Below are positions 35,171-43,479 of a stretch of DNA of 64,000 nucleotides, piece by piece. The stretch is from Bacilli bacterium (GTDB lineage Bacteria; Bacillota_I; Bacilli_A; RF39; UBA660). The stretch's first letter is position 1, and every line of letters starts with the position of its first letter. The stretch spans positions 7,661-71,660 of the forward strand of contig JAZAUS010000008.1 in NCBI GenBank assembly GCA_036342255.1, written 5' to 3'. The notes beneath the pieces were generated by a model. That model saw only the letters and a list, made by a program, of their open reading frames with translations. It was not told where the DNA came from and ran no database searches. The position numbers and the translations under genes were made by a program.

Positions 35171-35620
35171 TTAAGGTCCAGTATATGGTGTTGCATCAAA
35201 TATTTTATCTCTATCTGGTTTTCTATCTAAGAAATCTTTTACTTCATCTTCATTATTAAATGTTACATCATGAATAACCCATAATACAATTCCATTTTTT
35301 TGATAAACATAGGCTCCTTTTTTACCCCATTTTATTAAGAATCTTTTATATAAAAACATATTTGGTGTATCAATTTTAAAATTTTGTTTTTCTAAATATT
35401 TTTTACATGATTCATAATTAAAAGGAGCTGATATGGTATAGATACCATACATAAATACTATAAATCCGATAGCAGCTAGAGTTAAAGATATAGGTACTAT
35501 CTCAAAATTATGTAAACTATTTAATGCAAAGAATAATATAAGATTTAATATAAGTATTATTGAACCCTTTATTATTGCTTTCTTTTTTGTTAATCTTTTC
35601 CAAAAAAATTTTTCTTTCAT
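35171..35620 (-). CDS. Membrane protein (2 TM) with soluble C-terminal domain
   Basis: Start reset to MKEKFFW (AGGTGA-N5-ATG). TM segments IIKGSIILILNLILFFAL and PISLTLAAIGFIVFMYGIY. Confidence 0.45.
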   Translation of the reverse strand: MKEKFFWKRLTKKKAIIKGSIILILNLILFFALNSLHNFEIVPISLTLAAIGFIVFMYGIYTISAPFNYESCKKYLEKQNFKIDTPNMFLYKRFLIKWGKKGAYVYQKNGIVLWVIHDVTFNNEDEVKDFLDRKPDRDKIFDATPYTGP

Positions 35621-35714
35621 TATTATCACCTTTAATAATTATAACATAAAAATCAACTTTAAAGATGCTTTTGTTATTTTTTTCTAATTTATATGTATAA
35701 ATATTTATTGGCAT

Positions 35715-36716
35715 TTATATTTTTATAATTTTGTTTAGAAATGGTGTTTTTGATAATATATGTGTAATAGATATGGATATTAATAATATTATTATACTCC
35801 AAAATATATTAATATAATTGTTATTAAATAAATGTAAGGGAGTTAAGAAATTGATTATAAAGATATGTATTATATATATTCCCATATTATATTGTAAATA
35901 GGTAGAATAATGTTTTTTATCAATTATTAATGTTTTAAATGATATGAATATTAAAGAAGATGTTATCATTACAATAATTGAATCATAAAAATTCTCTGCA
36001 AATTTGCTTGAGTATAATATATTACAGAATAATAATTCATATACTATTGTTATTATAATCATTATTATTGTAAGTATATAAAGTCTTTTTTTATTATTAA
36101 TTTTTTTATAGTCAATTTTAGTCATAATCCCACCTATCATGTAATATAATAACCAGATCCATATTCTTAAAGATTGAGTTACTTTTGACTTAGTTATTCC
36201 TAATCCTTTAAAATTTGAATAGATGGTAATTATATTAATAGTTATACATGTTACTAATAATAGTAAAGTTATTATTTTATATACATTGTATTTTTTTATT
36301 AATTTTTGTAATGGTATAAGGAATAAATATAAGATTATTAATGAACCAAGAAACCAAAAATGCCAAAAGGTTCCTTCTTGAGAAAAAGAACTAATTATAA
36401 GATAAAATATGCTAATATATTTATGTTTGATAAATAATGAATATATAAAAGGAATTAAATTCCATGTGAAGCATATAAATAATATTTTTAATATTTTTTT
36501 TATTACATAATTATAATCATTTTCTTTTTTCAAATGTAGGTATCCACTAATCATGAATAATAGTGGTATTGCAAAAACACCTGTATAATATAATGTAAGC
36601 GATATATCAAATCCGTTTTTATTTACTCCATTACATAATAAATGTAATATTATTACTAAGTATATGGCTATATTTTTTAACCAATCAATATTATAATCTC
36701 TACTAATGTTTTTCAT
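35715..36716 (-). CDS. Acyltransferase family 3 (membrane O-acyltransferase)
   Basis: Start reset to MKNISRDYNIDWLKNIAIYLVIILH (AAGGAG-N7-ATG). About 10 TM helices, typical Acyl_transf_3 N-terminal motif. Confidence 0.65.
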   Translation of the reverse strand: MKNISRDYNIDWLKNIAIYLVIILHLLCNGVNKNGFDISLTLYYTGVFAIPLLFMISGYLHLKKENDYNYVIKKILKILFICFTWNLIPFIYSLFIKHKYISIFYLIISSFSQEGTFWHFWFLGSLIILYLFLIPLQKLIKKYNVYKIITLLLLVTCITINIITIYSNFKGLGITKSKVTQSLRIWIWLLYYMIGGIMTKIDYKKINNKKRLYILTIIMIIITIVYELLFCNILYSSKFAENFYDSIIVMITSSLIFISFKTLIIDKKHYSTYLQYNMGIYIIHIFIINFLTPLHLFNNNYINIFWSIIILLISISITHILSKTPFLNKIIKI

Positions 36717-36835
36717 TTTATTCTCCTTTATTAAGAAAATCATTATCATGCAGTCTTTATCTTCAGTTATGTCTAATAATGTAAAGTAATAATTTTTCTT
36801 AAATTAATATATTCTTTTAATTTTTGATATATATA

Positions 36836-36958
36836 TTATTGATCTGCTAAAGCATTTATTATGGCTAATGGGAATAGTAGTATTAGCCATAATATACCTT
36901 TAATAAGATAGTATACTAGATATAATGGTAATAAAGTTATTTTAATTATAGTTTTCAT
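36836..36958 (-). CDS. 40-aa hydrophobic micro-protein (not in ORF track)
   Basis: AAGGAG-N5-ATG directly after the stop of the 67-aa acidic gene. Translation: MKTIIKITLLPLYLVYYLIKGILWLILLFPLAIINALADQ. Confidence 0.45.
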   Translation of the reverse strand: MKTIIKITLLPLYLVYYLIKGILWLILLFPLAIINALADQ

Positions 36959-36969
36959 AGATACTCCTT

Positions 36970-37173
36970 TTATTTATCATCTTCATAGTAATAATCATCA
37001 TCTTCTAGATCTTCTTCTTCAAAGTTAGATGAATTATACTCACCTTTTTTTATTAGTTCTTTTTGATAATCGTCTAGATCATTATTTTCTTGTTCTTCAA
37101 GATATTTGAATAAACCAAAAGCTTTAGATCTTTTGGTTTGGTCATTACTAAATAAATCGTTAAATAATCCCAT
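36970..37173 (-). CDS. Small acidic protein with NFEEEDLEDDDYYYEDDK tail
   Basis: 67 aa with GAAGGAGAAATTT-ATG and TGATATAAT promoter. Paralogous fragment at 30194-30436. Confidence 0.55.
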   Translation of the reverse strand: MGLFNDLFSNDQTKRSKAFGLFKYLEEQENNDLDDYQKELIKKGEYNSSNFEEEDLEDDDYYYEDDK

Positions 37174-37266
37174 AAATTTCTCCTTCTATAGTTATATTAT
37201 ATCATAATAATAAAAAATTTTTAATTTATATATTGACATATGTTTTTAATTTGGTATAATGTTTAT

Positions 37267-37372
37267 AGATAGATTTAATATCTATCTACCGATTTATTAG
37301 TTTATCTAATAAATCAACATTAGTTGGTGCTTTGCACCACACAAAAAAACATCATTTATGTGATGTTTTTTT
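37267..37372 (+). ncRNA. sRNA candidate, family copy 1 (three hairpins + intrinsic terminator)
   Basis: Promoter TTGACA-16-TGGTATAAT (37233-37260). Hairpins TAGATAGAT/ATCTATCTA, GATTTATTAG/CTAATAAATC, GGTGC/GCACC. Terminator ACATCA-N6-TGATGT + U7. Confidence 0.6.
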
Positions 37373-37487
37373 GTTTTGTATTAGTATAATTTAGATTTTT
37401 TCTATTTTAATAGTTACACTTATAAAAATTTTTTAAAAAAATTAATTTTTATATTGACATATATTTTTAATTTGGTATAATGTTTAT

Positions 37488-37593
37488 AGATAGATTTAAT
37501 ATCTATCTACCGATTTATTAGTTTATCTAATAAGTCAACATTAGTTGGTGCTTTGCACCACACAAAAAAACATCATTTATGTGATGTTTTTTT
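37488..37593 (+). ncRNA. sRNA candidate, family copy 2 (tandem duplicate, 221-nt period)
   Basis: Near-identical to copy 1, including the promoter (37454-37481). Its one in-RNA substitution, A to G in the hairpin-2 arm, keeps pairing as G-U. Confidence 0.6.
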
Positions 37594-37631
37594 GTTTTGT
37601 AGTTCTATTTATTTATAATATTTTTGCAATT

Positions 37632-37661
37632 AAAAATCATCATTATATGATGATTATTTTT
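37632..37661. terminator. Bidirectional terminator shared by the 4-TM gene and the convergent sRNA genes
   Basis: AAAA-ATCATCAT-TAT-ATGATGAT-TATTTTT, overlapping the stop of 37654..38265. Confidence 0.6.
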
Positions 37662-38265
37662 CTTTATAAAATGTTGTTAAAAACAAACAAAATCTGTATA
37701 GTATTATTTCACTTTGATTTATGGCGTAGTTTTTAGCAATTGCTTTTCCACCTATTGTTAGGGCTGATACGATAGCGGTTGATAATAGTGATATTATTAA
37801 AAAATTAGTATTTAATGTTTCACTTAAGGCACTTGCTATAGATATACAGCAAGCTCCTGATATTACTCCACATATATCTCCTATTACATCATTTAAGAAA
37901 CTAGCTACTTTATCTGTATTCTTTTTTAATTGTACAGCTAATTTAGATCCTTTTACTTTTCTAGCAGCCATTGAATTAAAAACACTTAGGTTAGAGGCTG
38001 TTACAGCTACTCCTATCATATCAAAAAATATTCCTAAGAAGATAAAGAATAATAATAGGATTATTCCAAAAATAATTGGTATATTTGGTAATAAGGTTTC
38101 TGATGCTAAAGACATTAATAAAGATATTATAAAGGCTATAGCAATTATTTTTATTATCCAATTATAATCTATTAGATTTTTTTTCTTGTTCTTCTCTATT
38201 ATTTTTAAATTTTTTAATTCTTCTTTTTTTATTTGTTTATTATTATTCAATTTGATCCCTCTCAT
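37654..38265 (-). CDS. 4-TM membrane protein immediately downstream of the large ncRNA (OapA-like position, unverified)
   Basis: About 200 aa. Basic N-terminus, four TM helices, repeated D(M/V)IG motifs (FFDMIGVAV, LNDVIGDICGVISG). The ATG at 38265 lacks an SD, so GAGAGGG-N6-TTG at 38250 is the more likely start. Confidence 0.6.
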   Translation of the reverse strand: MRGIKLNNNKQIKKEELKNLKIIEKNKKKNLIDYNWIIKIIAIAFIISLLMSLASETLLPNIPIIFGIILLLFFIFLGIFFDMIGVAVTASNLSVFNSMAARKVKGSKLAVQLKKNTDKVASFLNDVIGDICGVISGACCISIASALSETLNTNFLIISLLSTAIVSALTIGGKAIAKNYAINQSEIILYRFCLFLTTFYKEK

Positions 38266-38268
38266 AAT

Positions 38269-38794
38269 AAAAACTAGATATTATCTAGTTCTTTTTTTAT
38301 TAATGGCTATTTATACAGTAAACTTTGAATCTTAGGTCAAGTAGGATTTCCCTTACCTTTACAAATCGTTACCAATTTGCGGTTCCCCTTTAAAAAGATA
38401 AATATAGTATCACTAACTATATGACTTGATTACCACTTAGAATCCACTGCAATCCCGTACAAATCATTCTAGGAGTTTTCCTCACCACTGTTTATTACTA
38501 GTTCTCTTTTGCAAATATAATTTCAAGATGCACATATATATTGGCCAATTGATATATGTGTATTCATCTATCCCAGTATATTCACTCAAGACAAGCATGT
38601 TATAAAAATATAACTACAAATCAAATATTGGATTTAACACTATATGCCGTTATAGGAGCCCAATATCTTCCCTTTCCAATTCCACCCTAAGCTGGGCGCA
38701 AAAAGCAGATACTAGAAAGCATTTATGCTCGTTAGTGGATTTTTAGCCCCACCTTCGTAATAAAGGGAATGACTAGAATAATGTGCCATTAACT
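38269..38794 (-). ncRNA. Large structured ncRNA candidate (~525 nt); OLE-like synteny, family unverified
   Basis: Consensus promoter 38801-38829 and terminal hairpin CTAGATAATATCTAG+U5 (38269-38291). No ORF >=60 aa in any frame. G/C-rich runs and many local helices. RNase P, tmRNA and SRP signatures absent. Confidence 0.6.
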
Positions 38795-38800
38795 GGTGTA

Positions 38801-38829
38801 ATTATAGCATAAATATAGGATTTTGTCAA
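38801..38829 (-). promoter_or_regulatory. Promoter of the large ncRNA
   Basis: TTGACA-17-(TGC)TATAAT, perfect -35/-10 with an extended -10. Confidence 0.7.
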
Positions 38830-38885
38830 GAACTTGTTAACTTTTTGTAAATGTATTAACATAATATGTTTTAAGAATAATAATA

Positions 38886-39116
38886 CTATTTTTTATTTAA
38901 AGACTCTATCTTTTGTAATTCAAAGCGATATTTTTGACCATTTTTGTTTACTTCTTCTAAAAACATATTAATGGGTCTAGCATATAGTAATCCATCTCCG
39001 TATAAGGCTCTATATATAACTAATTCTTCGTCTGTTTCACTATGATAGGCTATGTCTTCTACAAGATATAAATCTCCTTTGAAGTGCTTATATATTCCTT
39101 TAATTTTTAATTTCAT
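38886..39116 (-). CDS. DUF1653 family protein
   Basis: [45 protein letters not shown] matches the DUF1653 pattern. Confidence 0.7.
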   Translation of the reverse strand: MKLKIKGIYKHFKGDLYLVEDIAYHSETDEELVIYRALYGDGLLYARPINMFLEEVNKNGQKYRFELQKIESLNKK

Positions 39117-39216
39117 AATATTACCTCCTATTACTATTATAACAAATTATTGTAAACTAGTAGCTTTTTTTCAAAAAAAGTGCTATAATAGGTCCTGTTT
39201 CTTTGGAGGGGGTTTT

Positions 39217-40383
39217 ATGAAACATATTAGAAGAATATTATTAGCATTATATATTTGTTTATTTGGTTTATATTTGTTTAGTAATACTTATAACGATAAT
39301 ATATATAATAATATTAGTAATGCTATTAATGATATGATAGCTGATGCTAATAATAAAGATTTAGATAAGGTTAATGGTCTTGGAGATTTGGTTGATGATA
39401 AGGATATTAAGGACTTAGAAGATTCTAATGTCAGTGGTTATGGGGTATCTATTGATACTAGGTATTATCCTTATTATGGTATGCTAAGTAATAATGAGAA
39501 AGCTATATATAAGCAATTTTATGCTAATGTTAAGAATTTAAAAACGACATTTGTTCCAGTTGTAGATATTGATAAGAATGGAATTAATAGATCGTTTGTG
39601 GCTTTATTTTATGATCACCCAGAATTTTTTTGGTTAGATACTAGTTATTCTTATAAGTATACTAAGACTGGTAGATGTGTACAAATAATTATTAAATTTA
39701 ATGATACTATTAATGATATAGGTATTTCTAAGAGTAAATTTGAAGCTGCTAGCAATGAAATTATTAGTGGGGCTAATAGATATAATAGTAATTATGATAA
39801 AGAGAAATATGTACATGATGCTCTAATTAAGAATACTTCTTATAATGTTAATTCTCATTTGAATCAAAGTGCATATAGTGTATTAGTTGAGAAAACTTCT
39901 GTATGTGCTGGATATGCTAAAGCATTTCAATATATTATGAATAGATTGGGTATCCCAACATATTATGTTGTTGGTAGAGCTAATGGAGATCATGCTTGGA
40001 ATATTATATTGCTTGATGATGGTTATTATAATGTTGATGTTACTTGGGATGATCAGGGAAGTATTATATATGATTATTTTAATAGAAGTGATAAAGAGTT
40101 TGCTGATAGTCATTTTAGAAGAGATTTATCACTTTCATTACCTAGCTGTAATTCTTTTAAATATAGTGGTAATATATATAATAATATAAGTAAAGTAGTT
40201 AATGATAGGAAAGAAGTTGTAACTAATAATAAGGTTGTAAAAGAAGAAAAAATAGTTGTTGAAAAAAAAGAAATAGTTGAAGAAGAAATAAATAATGAAG
40301 TAGAAAGAGAATCTTTTGATAATATGGAAGATATCAATATAGATAATAATATTGAAAAAGAAGAAGATATTATAGAAGAATAA
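39217..40383 (+). CDS. Secreted transglutaminase-like (Cys-His-Asp) protein
   Basis: Start reset to MKHIRRILLALYICLF (GGAGGGGG-N4-ATG at 39217). VCAGYAKAFQY..GDHAWNIILLDDGYYNVDVTWDD core. Acidic repeat tail. Confidence 0.65.
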   Translation: MKHIRRILLALYICLFGLYLFSNTYNDNIYNNISNAINDMIADANNKDLDKVNGLGDLVDDKDIKDLEDSNVSGYGVSIDTRYYPYYGMLSNNEKAIYKQFYANVKNLKTTFVPVVDIDKNGINRSFVALFYDHPEFFWLDTSYSYKYTKTGRCVQIIIKFNDTINDIGISKSKFEAASNEIISGANRYNSNYDKEKYVHDALIKNTSYNVNSHLNQSAYSVLVEKTSVCAGYAKAFQYIMNRLGIPTYYVVGRANGDHAWNIILLDDGYYNVDVTWDDQGSIIYDYFNRSDKEFADSHFRRDLSLSLPSCNSFKYSGNIYNNISKVVNDRKEVVTNNKVVKEEKIVVEKKEIVEEEINNEVERESFDNMEDINIDNNIEKEEDIIEE

Positions 40384-40414
40384 AAAAGAGGAAAATTATT
40401 TTCCTCTTTTTTTA
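40382..40414. terminator. Bidirectional terminator between convergent genes
   Basis: A6-AGAGGAAAAT/ATTTTCCTCT-T7. Confidence 0.7.
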
Positions 40415-41058
40415 GTTTCTATTATATTTGTAACATCTTTATTAAAGAATTTTGTTAAGATGTCTACTTCTTTATTATCAATTTCATTTGTTGATATAAA
40501 TCTTTTAGAATCTTCTATTGATTTAATAGCTATTTTTCTTATATCTTCGTAGTTAGTATCTTTATCTATTTCTTTAATGGCTATTAAATCTTTAATAAGA
40601 TATTCAAATCTACCTAATTTTATAAGATATACTTTATCATTATTAGTAATAGTTATTCTATCAGGATCATATTTATCATATTCACAATTTATTATATAAT
40701 TATTACATTCATAAATACTTTCTTGATTTTCATAGCACATTGTGCTCTTTATTAGCATAGCTAAGTATTCTTGTAGAATATGTTGGCTGTTTTTCACTAT
40801 ATAATTTTTAGCTTGTTCATCGTCTTCATCTTTTGATAAGGCTTGTTCAAGCTTTTGTAAATCTTTTTTTAAGTCTTCTTCTATTGTTAATATATCCCCT
40901 GCATAAGTATATAAATCATTTTGTTCGATAGTTTTTTCAATAGTTGTATTTGATGGTTTGTTTTGGCAACCTGATATGAATGGTGTTGTGGTTGTTAAGA
41001 CAAAGGCTATAGCTAATGCGTTAGTATATACTTTTAAATTCTTAATATTTTTGGCCAT
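40396..41058 (-). CDS. Lipoprotein, unknown function
   Basis: Signal peptide with lipobox ..PFISGC. Confidence 0.55.
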   Translation of the reverse strand: MAKNIKNLKVYTNALAIAFVLTTTTPFISGCQNKPSNTTIEKTIEQNDLYTYAGDILTIEEDLKKDLQKLEQALSKDEDDEQAKNYIVKNSQHILQEYLAMLIKSTMCYENQESIYECNNYIINCEYDKYDPDRITITNNDKVYLIKLGRFEYLIKDLIAIKEIDKDTNYEDIRKIAIKSIEDSKRFISTNEIDNKEVDILTKFFNKDVTNIIETKKRGK

Positions 41059-41144
41059 AATAAAAACCCCCTCTCAAAAACGTTTACTATTATACACTTT
41101 TTGTTAATTTTGTCAAGTTTTTATTGAGATTATGGGGGTTATGA

Positions 41145-42020
41145 TTATTTTTTTGTTTTACAAGGATTGACGTGGATTACTACTAAGTATATTTCATCTA
41201 TTTCTTTTATTATTTCTTCTTCTAGATTATTTGCTATGTCATGACTGTCAAATGTAGATAGATTTCCGTCAACAAAGATACTAAATGATACTTGATAGCG
41301 ATAACCTATAGGGGTGGAATTAAAATGTATTACTTTTTTTACTTCATCATGTTTTTCTATAATTGACATTACTTTATTTTTGGTCTCTATAGAAATACTT
41401 TTATCCATTAATATATCATAGCTTTCTTTAAAGATGGTATATGCTGTTATGAAGATCCATGTAGATATTATTATTCCAACTACGCTATCAACTAAGAAAA
41501 TATTATATCTACTTAGGATGGCTGCTGATAAGTTTAGTGATGTTATAAAAGTATCATTTAGATGATCTTTAGAATTAGCTTTCATTAGTAAATTATTATA
41601 TTTTTTGGATATGGTATTGGTATATAAATAAAGTAATAATTTTACTATAATAGTTGTTAGGCAGACTATTAATAGGTAATTGGAATAATGATAATTATTT
41701 CTTTTGAATACTGATATTATTGATGATTTTAGGGATTTATAGGCTAGTATAAACATTACTATACTTATTAATAATGAATATATATATTCGGCTTTTCCGT
41801 GACCTAAGTTATGATCTTCATCAATTGGTTGACTTGCTATTTTATTGCCTATATATGTCATAATAGATGATAAGATATCGCTAGCTGAATTGAATGTATC
41901 AGCTAGCATAGCTTGGCTGTTGGTTATAATACTTATACTTCCTTTTATTATTAATAGAAAGATGTTACCTAGCATTCCTATTATACTGGCTATTTTTACA
42001 TCTTTATATCTTTGCTTCAT
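41145..42020 (-). CDS. Cation diffusion facilitator (CDF) family transporter
   Basis: Six TM helices. SQAMLADTFNSASD and DHLNDTF motifs. C-terminal cytoplasmic domain. Confidence 0.75.
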   Translation of the reverse strand: MKQRYKDVKIASIIGMLGNIFLLIIKGSISIITNSQAMLADTFNSASDILSSIMTYIGNKIASQPIDEDHNLGHGKAEYIYSLLISIVMFILAYKSLKSSIISVFKRNNYHYSNYLLIVCLTTIIVKLLLYLYTNTISKKYNNLLMKANSKDHLNDTFITSLNLSAAILSRYNIFLVDSVVGIIISTWIFITAYTIFKESYDILMDKSISIETKNKVMSIIEKHDEVKKVIHFNSTPIGYRYQVSFSIFVDGNLSTFDSHDIANNLEEEIIKEIDEIYLVVIHVNPCKTKK

Positions 42021-42075
42021 GTTATCACTCCTTAGCTAATTATTTATGCAAAAAAAGTTAGAAATTATTCTAACT

Positions 42076-43410
42076 TTATTTTGTTTTGCTTTCTCCTAAT
42101 GTTACATCTGCTGTTTGTTCTTTGCCGTTTCTTACATATGTTATTTTTATTTTATCATTTGGTTTTGATTTATATAATTGATATCTAAATTGAGCTAAAC
42201 TTTCTACTTTATTATCACCTATTTTTGTAATTATATCTCCTTTTTTTAATCCGGCTTTAGCTGCTGGAGAGTTTGATTCTACTCCATAGATAGCTACTCC
42301 TGCTTTTACATTTTCTGGTATTGTTATACCTGCTTGCCATAAGTAGAAACTATTGGTAAGATCTAGCATGCTTATACCTATGTATGGTCTTGATATTTTT
42401 CCATCTTTTTCTAATGATGAAGCATAATTTAAGGCATCTTTGATTGGTATTGCAAAGCCCATTCCTTCTACTGAGTCATCTACTAGTTTCATATTAGTTA
42501 TACCGATTACTTCTCCATTAATGTTACATATTGGACCTCCACTATTACCTGGATTAATTGCTGCATCTGTTTGTAAAACGTTCATGTAATAGTCTGAGGT
42601 AGTTGAATTAGAAAGAGCTACGGCTACTAGTCTATCTTTACCTGATAATATTCCTTTGGTTACAGTACCAGCATAATCAGCTCCTTCAGGAGAACCTACT
42701 GTAAATACTGTATCTCCAACTTTTGATTTGTCACTGTCACCCATGACAGCAGCTTTAATTTTTGTAGAATCTTTGGCACTTAAAACTGCTATATCTGAAT
42801 ATGCATCACTACCTACTATTTTAGTTTCTAATTTTTCTTTATTTGTAAATAGTACTTTTACTGAGTCGCAATTTGCTACAACGTGATGATTAGTTAAAAT
42901 ATATGCTTTACCATCAGTTTTTTTATAGACAAAACCAGTTCCAGTTGATGATAATTTGTCTTTTACATATCCTTCAACTACTACTACTGAATCATATACT
43001 TTATCTACAGATTCTGCTATGGTATTTGTTTCATCTAATTTAATACTACTAGTTACAACTCCATCTTGACTGGTAGTTGTTGTTGTTTTGGCTTTTAATA
43101 CAGCTAGGGCGCCTAAACTTCCACTGATGATTGCAACTAATATGACTAAAATTATGACTACACCTAAATTTATATTATTATCTTTTTTATTATATCTGTT
43201 ACTAATATATTCATAATCATCTTCATTAATTATTCTAGTTTTATTTTCAAGTTCTTCTTTCATTCTTTTTTCTTCTTCTTTTTTCTTTTCTTCTTCCTTC
43301 TTCTTTTTTTCTAGTTCTTTTTGCTTCTTTTCTTCTTCTTTTATTTCTTTGATGCGTTTTTCTAATTCTTCTTTTTCTTTTTCTAATTTATCTATATCAT
43401 TTTTTTCCAT
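42076..43410 (-). CDS. HtrA/DegP-family serine protease with PDZ domain
   Basis: Charged N-terminus plus TM. LTNHHVV, SDIAVL, GNSGGP triad context. C-terminal PDZ (GLKKGDIITKIGD). Confidence 0.85.
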   Translation of the reverse strand: MEKNDIDKLEKEKEELEKRIKEIKEEEKKQKELEKKKKEEEKKKEEEKRMKEELENKTRIINEDDYEYISNRYNKKDNNINLGVVIILVILVAIISGSLGALAVLKAKTTTTTSQDGVVTSSIKLDETNTIAESVDKVYDSVVVVEGYVKDKLSSTGTGFVYKKTDGKAYILTNHHVVANCDSVKVLFTNKEKLETKIVGSDAYSDIAVLSAKDSTKIKAAVMGDSDKSKVGDTVFTVGSPEGADYAGTVTKGILSGKDRLVAVALSNSTTSDYYMNVLQTDAAINPGNSGGPICNINGEVIGITNMKLVDDSVEGMGFAIPIKDALNYASSLEKDGKISRPYIGISMLDLTNSFYLWQAGITIPENVKAGVAIYGVESNSPAAKAGLKKGDIITKIGDNKVESLAQFRYQLYKSKPNDKIKITYVRNGKEQTADVTLGESKTK

Positions 43411-43479
43411 GTATACTTCTTCTCCTTTTCCTTATTCATTCTATGATTAAACTTTCAAATAATTATAAAAAAATTATGG

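Noticed and set aside
35517-35714. 65-aa minus-strand ORF overlapping the start of 35171-35620
   Set aside because: It reads through the ATGTTATAAT promoter and SD of the downstream gene, is out of frame with it, and has no SD of its own.
32379-37593. Interpreting the sRNA hairpins as tRNAs, CRISPR repeats, tracrRNA or type III antitoxin repeats
   Set aside because: There is no cloverleaf or T-loop and no regular repeat-spacer array. No cas, IscB or TnpB gene is in the window. The units have their own promoters and terminators, and no toxin ORF follows them on the same strand.
8195-37600. Calling the whole island a prophage, ICE or transposon
   Set aside because: I could find no integrase, transposase, relaxase, capsid or terminase genes and no tRNA or clear terminal repeats. 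Only the 3-kb sub-module has flanking repeats.
37545-37736. 63-aa plus-strand ORF
   Set aside because: It starts inside sRNA copy 2, runs through two terminators and lies antisense to the 4-TM gene. It has no SD.
38269-38794. Identifying the large RNA as RNase P RNA, tmRNA, SRP RNA or 6S RNA
   Set aside because: The nearest matches (GAGGAAAACUCC, GGAAAGGGAAG..GGGCUCCUAUAACGGC) do not reproduce the P4 GAGGAAAGUCC / ACAGAA pair. There is no GGUUCGA..CCACCA tRNA-like end and no SRP domain IV motif. The length is wrong for 6S.
39052-39216. N-terminal 55 aa of ORF 39052-40383, and the minus/plus ORFs 39634-39816, 39883-40113, 39965-40189 and 40110-40337 inside it
   Set aside because: The extension overlaps the divergent DUF1653 gene and the promoter. 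A GGAGGGGG SD plus ATG at 39217 begins a clean signal peptide. The internal ORFs are low-complexity antisense or alternate frames.
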